Below, in pieces: positions 1 to 7,479 of a stretch of DNA of 17,196 nt. Where the stretch lies: UHGV virus genome UHGV-0071544, one strand, 5' to 3'. Both the position numbers and the translations under genes were made by a program. The notes under the pieces are model-generated. The model saw nothing but the letters and a program-made list of their open reading frames with translations. It did no database searches and was not told the origin of the DNA. The stretch comes from a virus. The stretch's first letter is position 1. Each line of letters starts with the position of its first letter.

Positions 1-139
1 CAACAATATCTTTGTATGGTATGTAGCTGACACCTTCCAGACCATCGTTACCACTCGGTCCAGTGATTAACACAGATGCTATAGCAATAGCCCCGCCACT
101 TATCGCCGCTATTACGCTATTTCGTAGTGCCGGTGACAT
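1..139 (-). CDS. SAR-type endolysin (phage 21 R-like lysozyme), N-terminal 46 codons only; gene runs off the window start
   Basis: Minus-strand ATG at 139 overlapping the holin 3' end. Translation [46 protein letters not shown] is a Gly/Ala-rich signal-anchor-release segment, closely resembling the phage 21 R N-terminus as recalled. Below the ORF-track length cutoff because truncated. Confidence 0.65.
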   Translation of the reverse strand, partial: MSPALRNSVIAAISGGAIAIASVLITGPSGNDGLEGVSYIPYKDIV

Positions 140-320
140 TGCCATTCAATCTGTCCTCGCGCTCTTTGCGCTTGTAGTACCAGTTGATGCCAAATGTGCC
201 GACAGTACAAAGAATACCAATGATGACAGCCCAGTCATTCAGGGAGAGAATGCCACCCATCGCAGTCAGTCCCCCGAAGCTGTAACTGAACCATTCTCTG
301 ATTTTGTCCATACGGTACAT
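117..320 (-). CDS. Holin, pinholin-like class II with dual-start motif
   Basis: 67 aa starting MYRMDKI (two Met separated by a basic residue). Two hydrophobic segments ([17 protein letters not shown] and [20 protein letters not shown]) and a charged C-terminus KRKEREDR. Sits immediately upstream of and overlapping the endolysin start. SD-like AAGGGG 7 nt upstream. Confidence 0.7.
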   Translation of the reverse strand: MYRMDKIREWFSYSFGGLTAMGGILSLNDWAVIIGILCTVGTFGINWYYKRKEREDRLNGNVTGTTK

Positions 321-326
321 GCTCTA

Positions 327-342
327 CCCCTTCATTGAGGGG
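327..342 (-). promoter_or_regulatory. Short hairpin (CCCCT-N6-AGGGG) overlapping the holin ribosome-binding site
   Basis: 5-bp inverted repeat whose 3' arm on the mRNA strand is the SD-like AGGGG just upstream of holin ATG 320. Confidence 0.3.
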
Positions 343-441
343 ATTTGCTCTATTTAATTAGGAATAAGGTCGATTACTGATAGAACAAATCCAGGCTACT
401 GTGTTTAGTAATCAGATTTGTTCGTGACCGATATGCACGGG

Positions 442-477
442 CAAAACGGCAGGATGTTGTTAGCGCGACCTCCTGCC
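442..477 (-). terminator. Candidate intrinsic terminator (tR'-like) between late promoter region and holin
   Basis: Minus strand reads GGCAGGA, a 16-nt loop, TCCTGCC, then GTTTTG; 7-bp GC-rich stem but only a short U-run, so weak. Confidence 0.3.
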
Positions 478-564
478 ACCCGCTTTCACGAAGGTCATGT
501 GTAGAAGTCCGCAGCGTAACTATCACTGATGAATTCAGGATAGCCAGTGGCTACGGCTCAGTTT

Positions 565-694
565 GGGTTGTGGCGGCCGGAATCGAACCGGCTTCCATCG
601 GTGCGCTGCCGATTGCAGTACGCGCGGCGGTCAGCTACATGACTAGTATTTTCACTGTCGCCTATCTGCTAGCTCGCCATTGAGCTTCACCACA
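565..694 (-). ncRNA. tRNA-like element (T-arm consensus plus acceptor-like and D-arm-like segments); too long for a canonical tRNA
   Basis: Minus strand contains GCCGG-TTCGATT-CCGGC (T-stem/loop consensus, plus-strand 579-589 ggaatcgaacc) followed by CGCCACA. About 120 nt upstream lies TGTGGTG (pairs with the putative 3' acceptor) then AGCTC-AATGGC-GAGCT (D-arm-like). There is no CCA directly after the acceptor and about 55 extra nt in the middle. Confidence 0.3.
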
Positions 695-859
695 ACGATA
701 AGAGCACTGCGCGGCACCTTTCACCAATTCCGCGAGGTCTGCGGGTTCAATGCTCTTACCTGTTGTGCAAACAAAAAAAGCCACCGTTGCAACTTAAGAG
801 TCACTAACGGCAGCTTATGCGAATAGTGTTGCTCATTTGCTCAATGATGTCAACACGTT

Positions 860-1348
860 CTATGCTACATGTTTAATTTTCTCTACACGTTTTCGGTTTT
901 TAAACGCACTATCCAGAACCGGATAAATCATAAACAACGAGGCATTGAGGATTTCGTCAACTTCCCGGCGACAGGTTGCGAGCGATGGTTTTTGAATGCG
1001 CCCGCCGCCCCGGCATAACATCTTGCGAGGTCTTGCGACGCGATGATAGTAAGATGCAATGGCGTGCTTGGAAGAGCCATGAGCGTAGTAGCTTAGGAGG
1101 ATGCCAAAGGCTTTCTTGTCAATGTACATGACGGAATCGACGACCTGAGAAATCAACATTCCATCATCATCATTACACATTGGCCTTGTCATAACTCTTC
1201 CCGGCTCTACGCTCTCCATGAACTTCGCTATTACGCTGCTCATGCGCTTTTCCAGACGACCTGAATAAACCCATGCGCCCCACAGTTCAAGCCAGCCATT
1301 CAGCCACTCATGCTGTTCTTTGGTGAGGTTTAGTTCTCTTATGCTCAT
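860..1348 (-). CDS. Putative late-gene antiterminator Q (non-lambda Q family, possibly Q21/Q82-type)
   Basis: 162 aa, last gene of the minus-strand nin operon (ATG overlaps ninH stop as ATGA), about 540 bp upstream of the holin. Position matches lambda Q; sequence is not lambda Q. TTGACA hexamer directly after its stop (plus 848-853). Confidence 0.55.
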   Translation of the reverse strand: MSIRELNLTKEQHEWLNGWLELWGAWVYSGRLEKRMSSVIAKFMESVEPGRVMTRPMCNDDDGMLISQVVDSVMYIDKKAFGILLSYYAHGSSKHAIASYYHRVARPRKMLCRGGGRIQKPSLATCRREVDEILNASLFMIYPVLDSAFKNRKRVEKIKHVA

Positions 1349-1533
1349 CGTCTTCCCCTCTTGCCCTGTTTGACCATCAGGACGCCGTTAACTATTACGT
1401 GACGTTCGCCTTTGCTGTCTCGGTTGTACTTGAGCACCGTTCCTCTTGCGCAGGAAAGCATCCTTGCCACTTCGGTCTGATTGCCTCGTGTCTGGATAAG
1501 AAGCTCTGGTATCGTTTGAATTGTGGCGTTCAT
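1345..1533 (-). CDS. ninH: NinH-like small DNA-binding protein
   Basis: 62 aa; TIPELL...GNQTEVARML.C.RGTV.KY closely resembles lambda NinH as recalled; start overlaps rusA stop. Confidence 0.75.
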   Translation of the reverse strand: MNATIQTIPELLIQTRGNQTEVARMLSCARGTVLKYNRDSKGERHVIVNGVLMVKQGKRGRR

Positions 1534-1892
1534 ACGCTCTCCAGTTCGGTGATTTTTATTCCAAGCCTTCCGCCTGGTACTTTCACACCACGAATTACGC
1601 GAATGTCATCGAATTGCTCGTCGTCTTCCGCAAATCCGGCGTGGATAAGGGAGTCGAGTAAACCTTTCAGGATGTTGTCGAGGTCGCGGCGGCGGGAGTC
1701 TGGAACGTCTGCGATGACTTTGATGCGGAGTCGTGATTTGGTGAAAATGTCTAACTTGAGTTGGCGGATTATTTGCTGAACTTCTTTTCGGTATTTCTGA
1801 CCTTTATCGCTGATGTAGTATTGGTTTCCCCGTCTTCGCCAGTAGGTATTCACCGACGGCGGGTATGGAAGCACAAACTGATATTCGTTCAT
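1530..1892 (-). CDS. rusA: RusA-family Holliday junction resolvase
   Basis: 120 aa; motifs LPYPPSVNTYWRR, RRRDLDNILKGLLDSL, GGRLGIKITEL match E. coli RusA as recalled. Confidence 0.9.
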   Translation of the reverse strand: MNEYQFVLPYPPSVNTYWRRRGNQYYISDKGQKYRKEVQQIIRQLKLDIFTKSRLRIKVIADVPDSRRRDLDNILKGLLDSLIHAGFAEDDEQFDDIRVIRGVKVPGGRLGIKITELESV

Positions 1893-2179
1893 GACTTAAT
1901 CTTCCCCTCCTTCAGCAGTATCGCCTGCGTCCTGATTACGCCTTCGAGGTGGCAAAGTCTGGCGTCTTTGTTGTCGAGGTTATGGGTGCGTCGGTCGATT
2001 TCATCGTGACACGCGCTACAAGCCCATGCGCCGATCAGGTCGTCAGGCTTCATTCCCGCTCCGCAAATTCCAGCCATCCGGTAATGTGCCAGAACTGTAG
2101 TTTCAGGGTTGCCATTGCATACGCCGTAAATACGTACCTGGCATTCTCTGCCGCGTGCTTCTTTGCGTAGGTTAGCCAT
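1889..2179 (-). CDS. YbcO-like DUF1364 protein (putative metal-dependent nuclease)
   Basis: 96 aa; RGRECQVRIYGVCNGNPETTVLAH...CSACHDEIDRRTH resembles DLP12 YbcO as recalled; Cys/His cluster; TAATG overlap with the upstream gene. Confidence 0.75.
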   Translation of the reverse strand: MANLRKEARGRECQVRIYGVCNGNPETTVLAHYRMAGICGAGMKPDDLIGAWACSACHDEIDRRTHNLDNKDARLCHLEGVIRTQAILLKEGKIKS

Positions 2180-2901
2180 TAAGCAGCCTCCCCTGTTACT
2201 TTCAGCATTCCGTTATCGAGCAGCTTTCTGGTCAGCCACTGTTGACCACGCCCGGTGATTTTTGTGGTGAACGATATCTGTATTCCGTGATTTGTGTTGA
2301 CCGCTGTTTCCTTCACTGCGAAATAGCCGCGATCCATATATTCCTGCATTGGCACATTGCGCCGGGAACCTGAAGCAATAAGGATTTTGTGACCGCGCAT
2401 CCACGCAAACAGTTTGTTTGGACCAATTCCAACAACCTTTGCAAAGTTTCCAATCAAAATTCCGCTGGCCTCGCCAACGCGATCGGCAAACTCAACTTTA
2501 GGTGCGGCAATTGCGAGCTGGTTTTCCAGTTGCATTTTCTGCTCAGCAAGATCAGCAGCAAGGCGCAACGCTTCTGGTAGCGTTTTGGGGATATTAACCG
2601 CAGTTTCTTCAAGCTCTCGCCAACGGTCAACAAGACGAGCGGTGAATTCCGGCGACAACTGGGCAACAACGACAATACTGTCTCGCTTACCTTGTTCGCC
2701 TTCGAAGACGTAATGCTCGTACTGAACATTGAACCCTAAGTTATTGATTCTTTCGGAAACCTCAATTTGAGGAAGCCGGATAACACCATTTTTAGCCAGC
2801 GTTTCGATGGTACGTTTCACATTGTCATGACGCTTACCAACCAACTCAGCGATTTCAATGCTTGTCATTTTGATGGCATTGCCATTTATTAACTCATTCA
2901 T
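2179..2901 (-). CDS. Rha-family regulatory protein with C-terminal KilA-C/ANT antirepressor-like domain (Roi-like)
   Basis: 240 aa; N-terminal MTSIEIAELVGKRHDNVKRTIE is typical of phage Rha domains; C-terminal half resembles antirepressor KilAC domains; located in the nin region like HK022/HK97 roi. Confidence 0.65.
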   Translation of the reverse strand: MNELINGNAIKMTSIEIAELVGKRHDNVKRTIETLAKNGVIRLPQIEVSERINNLGFNVQYEHYVFEGEQGKRDSIVVVAQLSPEFTARLVDRWRELEETAVNIPKTLPEALRLAADLAEQKMQLENQLAIAAPKVEFADRVGEASGILIGNFAKVVGIGPNKLFAWMRGHKILIASGSRRNVPMQEYMDRGYFAVKETAVNTNHGIQISFTTKITGRGQQWLTRKLLDNGMLKVTGEAA

Positions 2902-3064
2902 CGTCTTCTTCCTCGTACATTGAGCTATTCGGATCGCTCATCAGTTCTGCGCAGCAGTGCTCACACACATGAACTTCCAGCACATGCAGCTTCTGACCGC
3001 AGTTAGCACACGTTAAAGCTCGCTCGACGCTTTCTTGTTCGTAACTTCGATTTTGGTCAATCAC
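2894..3064 (-). CDS. ninF: NinF-like protein
   Basis: [39 protein letters not shown] matches lambda NinF as recalled. Start placed at GTG 3064 (GTGA overlap with ninE stop); the ORF-track ATG at 3106 would overlap ninE by 45 nt. Confidence 0.7.
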   Translation of the reverse strand: MIDQNRSYEQESVERALTCANCGQKLHVLEVHVCEHCCAELMSDPNSSMYEEEDDE

Positions 3065-3243
3065 CTTGTTTTCCTCGCACGATGTCTTAGCCACCGGATA
3101 TCCCACAGGTGAGCCGTGTAGTTGAAGGTTTTTACGTCAGATTCTTTTGGGATTGGCTTGCGTTTATTTCTGGAGCGCTTCGTTGGAAGGTATTTGCAGT
3201 TTTCGCAGATTATGTCGGTGATACTTCGTCGCTGTCGCCTCAT
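3061..3243 (-). CDS. ninE: NinE-like protein
   Basis: Internal ATG at 3243 gives 60 aa [51 protein letters not shown]..., lambda NinE-like; ATGA overlap with the methyltransferase stop. The longer track ORF is an upstream extension. Confidence 0.8.
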   Translation of the reverse strand: MRRQRRSITDIICENCKYLPTKRSRNKRKPIPKESDVKTFNYTAHLWDIRWLRHRARKTR

Positions 3244-3767
3244 GCCGCCCTCCTGACGCCCTGCCCGATCGCCATCAATGCCGCTTTTGATACGGTAGTA
3301 AACATCCGTCGAGGACTGATGAACGGTCGCCAAATCAGCAGCATGGAACCTTTGCTGTTTCCCTTCTTCTCCAGCCCTGTCGATGGTTCGATAAAATTAA
3401 TCCGTCCATCAGTGATAATGCGAACTTCGTCGACACTCTCCAGAGCCTTGCTGAACCATCCGACTGACATATCCTCTGGCACAAGCATAACTACCGTCTG
3501 TCGCTGTTGTATGCACTGCTCAGCGGCTTTTTCCACCCACGGCCTGATATTGCTGTACGGTGGGTTATTCCAGATTGCACCGTGGCTTACCCACTCAGAA
3601 TTGAGCGCGTCGTCGGCCTCAGTTAGCCAGTGAGCACACAGAGCATTTTTGTCGCTCGCTGCCGAATCCAGCCAGAATCCAAACTCAATATCCAGTGCAT
3701 CAAAAAGCCAAAGCGGCGTTTGCCAGCAGTCCTTGTCGTGTGCTGGCGTATTTGATTGGATAGTCAT
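3240..3767 (-). CDS. DNA N6-adenine methyltransferase (phage Dam-like orphan MTase)
   Basis: ATG 3767 (ATGA overlap with ninB stop) gives 175 aa; catalytic NPPY motif (IWNNPPYSN) and a DCWQTP-type motif; small phage MTase architecture, no adjacent restriction gene. Confidence 0.8.
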   Translation of the reverse strand: MTIQSNTPAHDKDCWQTPLWLFDALDIEFGFWLDSAASDKNALCAHWLTEADDALNSEWVSHGAIWNNPPYSNIRPWVEKAAEQCIQQRQTVVMLVPEDMSVGWFSKALESVDEVRIITDGRINFIEPSTGLEKKGNSKGSMLLIWRPFISPRRMFTTVSKAALMAIGQGVRRAA

Positions 3768-4204
3768 GCAGCCCGATCTCCCCATCTCGCTTTCCACTCC
3801 AGAGCCAGTCGCGCTTCGTCCGACCACTTAACGCCACGCTCTGTACCGAATGCCTGTATAAGCTCTAATAGCTCCGCAAATTCGCCTACACGCATCCTGC
3901 TGGTTGACTGGCCTATTACCACAAAGCCATTCCCGGCAAGGTTAGGAACAACGTCCTGCTGCTTTAATGCTGCGGTAAACACACACTTCCAGCTTTCTGC
4001 ATCCAGCCAGCGACCATGCCATTCAACCTGACGCGAAACGTCACCAAGGCAAGCCCAAAGCTTCCGATTTTGGTCTAAGCTGCGGTTGCGCTCCTGAATG
4101 GTTACTACGATTGGTTTTGTTGGGTCTGGAAGGATTTGCTGTACTGCGTGAATAGCGTTTTGCTGATGTACTGGAGATCGAATTTCAAAGGTTAGTTTTT
4201 TCAT
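3764..4204 (-). CDS. ninB: NinB (Orf-family recombination mediator)
   Basis: 146 aa; essentially full-length match to lambda NinB as recalled (MKKLTFEIRSP.HQQNAIHAVQQILPDPTKPIVVTIQERNRSLDQNRKLWACLGDV...). Confidence 0.9.
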   Translation of the reverse strand: MKKLTFEIRSPVHQQNAIHAVQQILPDPTKPIVVTIQERNRSLDQNRKLWACLGDVSRQVEWHGRWLDAESWKCVFTAALKQQDVVPNLAGNGFVVIGQSTSRMRVGEFAELLELIQAFGTERGVKWSDEARLALEWKARWGDRAA

Positions 4205-4397
4205 GACTTCCCTCTCTAACAGATTTCAGGTTATTCCACTCCGTTACCGCACTGCGATAATTCGCGGCCGCCACAGCGGCGTGGTTAGCGCAGTAGATTT
4301 GGCACCCGTTCTCCATGTCGAATATTGTCGGTGATTTTCCGCATTTACATTTTTTGGCACGCGGTGCGTCTGAACACATTCCGTTAACGGTGTCCAT
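4185..4397 (-). CDS. Small Cys-rich hypothetical protein (possible zinc-ribbon) at the ren position
   Basis: 70 aa with C8, C17, C19, C32, C36; SD GAGGGGGA 5 nt upstream of ATG 4397; lies between the tR2-like terminator and ninB. Confidence 0.5.
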   Translation of the reverse strand: MDTVNGMCSDAPRAKKCKCGKSPTIFDMENGCQIYCANHAAVAAANYRSAVTEWNNLKSVREGSHEKTNL

Positions 4398-4422
4398 CAG
4401 AATCCCCCTCGTTCTTAATCCA

Positions 4423-4451
4423 ATAAAAAAGGGCTACTGTGTAAATAGCCC
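4423..4451 (-). terminator. Intrinsic terminator after helicase gene (tR2-like)
   Basis: Minus strand GGGCTA-tttacacag-TAGCCC followed by TTTTTTATT; sits between the helicase stop (4479) and the nin genes. Confidence 0.55.
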
Positions 4452-4478
4452 CTGTTATTATCTCAGTGATGTAGATGG

Positions 4479-5855
4479 TCATACGTCAGCCCCTTGTGCA
4501 TATCGTCTGCCACGTGCAGCGGGTGCATTTGATGTTGTGCAAATCTGTCTGGCTTCATCCTGGTCACATGCAACAAAGTGTCCGTTGCAGAACCGCTGGT
4601 AAACCGTACCAAGCGAGCCAAAACGGTTTTTCGTCACAATGATTTCAGCAAATGGTGCGGCGCTACTGTTCTCGTCATATACAGCTTCCCGATAGAGCAT
4701 GATGATTGAGTCTGCGTCCTGTTCAATGCTTCCTGAATCACGCAAATCTGCGTTTGTCGGGCGTTTGTTTGGTCGCTTCTCAACATCGCGTGAAAGCTGG
4801 CTTAGTGAGACAACTGGCGTTTTCAGGTCTTTCGCCATCGCCTTCAGGCTTCCGGAGATGTGAGCAATTGCGAGGTCGTTGCGGTCTGCTTTCGGCTTCT
4901 CAATCAGACCAAGATAATCCGCCATGATGAGTGACAGGTTTGGATTTTCCTGTTTGTGCCGTTCTGCGATTGAGCGAATTTCTTCGACCGATAACCGCGA
5001 GGCATCGACTACCCATACATCCAAATCTGCAAGCTGACTCATGCCGTTAGCAACACGCGCCCAGCCTTCGTCATCCATCGATGCAGGATTTCGCAGCACG
5101 CTAACCGACATCCTCCCGGCGTTGGCAATGCTTCGCTCTGCAATCTGCAATGCGCTCATTTCCATCGAGAAAATCAACACTCCGCGCCGGACGTCAGAAC
5201 CAGGAATAACGCGGCTTGCAACGCCTTCGGCAATCTTCAGCGCCAGTTCGGTTTTCCCCATACCCGGACGAGCAGCGATAATCACCAGGTCTTCCGCGTT
5301 CATCCCTCCGGTGATGGCGTCAAGTTCTTCGATTCCGGTTTTCAGGGTATCTGACTCTTCTCCGTTCCTCAGACGCTTGTCAAGCGTGTCAGTGTAGTCA
5401 GTGATGATTTCCCCTAAGCGTACCGGTTTAACCTCGTCACGGGGCTTTCTGATGGCTGAGAGACGCTTTACAAGCTCGTCCATCGCCTGACTCGATGTAT
5501 CGATGGTTCCGCTCTGAATTGGTTCACGCATTTCATCCATGATTTCCAGCACCAGACGGCGGTGATAGTTATCCGCGACCATTCCGGCATATCCCTTCAG
5601 GTTTGCGGCACTCGGGCAGTTTTTGCTGGTCATCAGGATTGACGTGAAATGCTCCTCTCCGCACGCCTCGGCAACCATCAGCGCATCGATTAGGTTTCTG
5701 TTTCTCGCCTGCTTGCGGATAACCTCGAAGGCTTTCCGGTAGAGCGGAATTGAAAACGCTTCCGGCTCCAGCGTTGCCAGAACGTCGCTGGCGGTTGGAG
5801 TTAATCCACCAATCAGCAGGCCACCGATAACGCTCGCTTCGATATCCTGTCTCAT
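4479..5855 (-). CDS. DnaB-type replicative DNA helicase
   Basis: 458 aa; Walker [10 protein letters not shown], DnaB-family N-terminal helical domain and C-terminal RecA-like domain ([22 protein letters not shown]); start overlaps O stop. Confidence 0.9.
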   Translation of the reverse strand: MRQDIEASVIGGLLIGGLTPTASDVLATLEPEAFSIPLYRKAFEVIRKQARNRNLIDALMVAEACGEEHFTSILMTSKNCPSAANLKGYAGMVADNYHRRLVLEIMDEMREPIQSGTIDTSSQAMDELVKRLSAIRKPRDEVKPVRLGEIITDYTDTLDKRLRNGEESDTLKTGIEELDAITGGMNAEDLVIIAARPGMGKTELALKIAEGVASRVIPGSDVRRGVLIFSMEMSALQIAERSIANAGRMSVSVLRNPASMDDEGWARVANGMSQLADLDVWVVDASRLSVEEIRSIAERHKQENPNLSLIMADYLGLIEKPKADRNDLAIAHISGSLKAMAKDLKTPVVSLSQLSRDVEKRPNKRPTNADLRDSGSIEQDADSIIMLYREAVYDENSSAAPFAEIIVTKNRFGSLGTVYQRFCNGHFVACDQDEARQICTTSNAPAARGRRYAQGADV

Positions 5856-6673
5856 GCAATCCCCCTGTCTGCAAACTTCCCTTCCCGTACTCCCGTTAAC
5901 GAATCTTCCCTCAGCAGGTAATCAAAATCTGCCGTCCAGCCAGTGTCGTTGTCTCCGAAGTAAAACGGCTTGGCCTGATGTACAAACGCCCTGACATACG
6001 CTCTGAAACCGTCCACGTTTGGCGTTTTCAGTTGCGGGATGATTTTCTTCAGGCGGCGTTTGCGTTTCTCGTTGACCGCAACAGCGTGTGGCAGTCTGTC
6101 ACCGACTTCGGTGTTGTAGGCGTTCAGGAAGGATTCATAGTCGATTCGTTCTGCCTTGCGACGTTCAGGTTTAACCTGCCCATCGCCGCCCCCGTTAGGG
6201 GGTAAGGGGGTATTTGTATTTATTGTCTTTTGTATATTGTCTTTTGTGTTTAGCTGACTTGGCTTATACCCATTAGCCGACTTGGCTAATGTTTTATTAG
6301 CTGTTTTAGCTAATGTTAAGCTGTCCTGGCTAATCCACTGAGAAACCACCTTGTTCACTCCGATTTTCACGCCATCAGCAATGAGGAATTTACGCTCGAT
6401 AAGCTGGCGCTTGGCAGCGCAAACATGAGTGTGATGAATACCTGTCATGGCTGCTATCTGCGTGTTTGTGAGTCGATCCATCGGCTTATTGAATCCGTAT
6501 GTCTTGCGCATGATAGCGAGCATCACCTTCAACTGCCGGACGGTTAAATCAGCCATCAGCAGACTGTCGGTAATCTCGTTAGCAACGCGCATGAAACCAT
6601 CTTCGGTATCTGCCACGCGATGCTCCACGACCTCCAGTTGAGGCCTGTAATCAGCTAACTTAACGACGCCCAT
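5852..6673 (-). CDS. Replication initiator O-like protein (iteron-binding)
   Basis: 273 aa; [37 protein letters not shown] resembles the lambda O N-terminal domain; the iteron array lies inside the coding sequence as in lambda; C-terminal part differs. Confidence 0.85.
   Translation of the reverse strand: MGVVKLADYRPQLEVVEHRVADTEDGFMRVANEITDSLLMADLTVRQLKVMLAIMRKTYGFNKPMDRLTNTQIAAMTGIHHTHVCAAKRQLIERKFLIADGVKIGVNKVVSQWISQDSLTLAKTANKTLAKSANGYKPSQLNTKDNIQKTINTNTPLPPNGGGDGQVKPERRKAERIDYESFLNAYNTEVGDRLPHAVAVNEKRKRRLKKIIPQLKTPNVDGFRAYVRAFVHQAKPFYFGDNDTGWTADFDYLLREDSLTGVREGKFADRGIA
6210..6335. repeat. Phage replication origin: AT-rich segment plus four about 19-bp palindromic iterons
   Basis: AT-rich run 6210-6249 with direct repeat attgtcttttgt x2. 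Iterons ttagctgacttggcttata (6250-6268), ttagccgacttggctaatg (6273-6291), ttagctgttttagctaatg (6297-6315), ttaagctgtcctggctaat (6316-6334), each an inverted repeat TTAGC..GCTAA. Confidence 0.75.
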
Positions 6674-6821
6674 GTTTCACTCCTGCTTTGGCTAGTCTGT
6701 AAACACCAACAAGGCGCTCTGCGAACGCCCTGTTATTTGCTGCGGCTACCACTAATCCCTCAGGTGAATCAGGGTGTCGAATCTCTTCTTTTTCCTGGTA
6801 TTTCTTACGACGTTTTGTCAT
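6660..6821 (-). CDS. Small basic hypothetical ORF between cII and O (53 aa)
   Basis: ATG 6821 preceded by AGGAG 5 nt upstream; translation [53 protein letters not shown]; 3' end overlaps the O start by about 12 nt. Lambda has no gene here as I recall. Below the ORF-track cutoff. Confidence 0.4.
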   Translation of the reverse strand: MTKRRKKYQEKEEIRHPDSPEGLVVAAANNRAFAERLVGVYRLAKAGVKHGRR

Positions 6822-6855
6822 AATTACTCCTGTGGATTGATCCAGTCTTTCTACA

Positions 6856-7134
6856 TCAGGCCTCGAAGAATTCGCCGTTCTTCGGGGCTTTTTCTTTTGT
6901 CAGCATTCTGGCTACTTGCTTAGCCAGTTCCGCCAACTCCTCGTCTTCAACACCCCATTCAAGAACAGCCAGAAGCATTCCCATTTTGGGGATGAAGCTG
7001 TCTTTCCATCGCGAAATTTGCGATTCATTAATCCCTAACGCGTCGGCAACCTTTCGCTGACCACGTACAGCAATTCGATTCAGGATGTTGCTTGTAATTG
7101 CATTCGCTTTCTTGCGAGTACTTGTAAGTTGCAT
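6856..7134 (-). CDS. cII: CII-like transcriptional activator
   Basis: ATG 7134 with AAGGAAA SD gives 92 aa; core SQISRWK..FIPKMGMLLAVLEWGV as in lambda CII but termini diverge; track ORF start 7194 is an upstream extension. Confidence 0.85.
   Translation of the reverse strand: MQLTSTRKKANAITSNILNRIAVRGQRKVADALGINESQISRWKDSFIPKMGMLLAVLEWGVEDEELAELAKQVARMLTKEKAPKNGEFFEA
7088..7130 (+). promoter_or_regulatory. PRE-like promoter with CII site TTGC-N6-TTGC
   Basis: ttgcttgtaattgc at 7088-7101 on the plus strand, inside the 5' end of cII and oriented toward cro/cI, the arrangement of lambda PRE. Confidence 0.5.
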
Positions 7135-7213
7135 ATGTAAGTATTTCCTTAGATAACAATTGATTGAATGTATGCAAATAAATGCATACACCATAGGTGT
7201 GGTTTAATTTGAT

Positions 7214-7245
7214 GCCCTTTTTCAGGGCTGGAATGTGTAAGAGCG
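7214..7245 (-). promoter_or_regulatory. nutR (boxA CGCTCTTA, boxB GCCCTGAAAAAGGGC)
   Basis: Minus-strand boxB is the complement of plus 7214-7228 and boxA the complement of 7238-7245, between cro and cII. Confidence 0.7.
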
Positions 7246-7252
7246 GGGTTAT

Positions 7253-7462
<210 letters not shown>

Positions 7463-7479
7463 TTAGTACATGCAACCAT

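Noticed and set aside
63-338. Plus-strand 91-aa ORF over the holin/endolysin region
   Set aside because: Antisense to the well-supported holin gene; no RBS; hydrophobic mirror-frame artefact.
565-694. Calling the tRNA-like element a bona fide tRNA gene
   Set aside because: The segment between putative acceptor halves is about 130 nt, no anticodon arm could be assigned by eye and no CCA follows the acceptor; kept only as a low-confidence tRNA-like element.
770-800. A-run followed by GCCACCGTTGC considered as a terminator
   Set aside because: On the minus strand the T-run is preceded only by a weak, interrupted 5-bp stem; the pairing is not convincing.
1399-2729. Plus-strand ORFs 1399..1779, 1761..2009, 1949..2170, 2389..2580, 2414..2713 and minus ORFs 2213..2404, 2454..2729
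   Set aside because: All lie antisense to, or out of frame within, ninH, rusA, ybcO and the roi-like gene, which have recognisable protein motifs; low-complexity Ser/Arg-rich translations.
3109-4602. Plus-strand ORFs 3109..3633, 3649..3831, 3756..4031, 4315..4602
   Set aside because: Antisense to the methyltransferase, ninB and the Cys-rich ORF; no RBS and no motif.
6210-6335. Iteron array considered as a possible CRISPR array
   Set aside because: Only four about 19-bp palindromic repeats with 3-5 bp gaps, inside a replication initiator gene and next to an AT-rich region; this is an origin, not repeat-spacer architecture.
4706-6641. ORFs 4706..4927, 5041..5397, 5978..6205, 6447..6641 (plus) and 5569..5874 (minus)
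   Set aside because: Embedded in or antisense to the helicase and O genes, which are strongly supported by conserved motifs.
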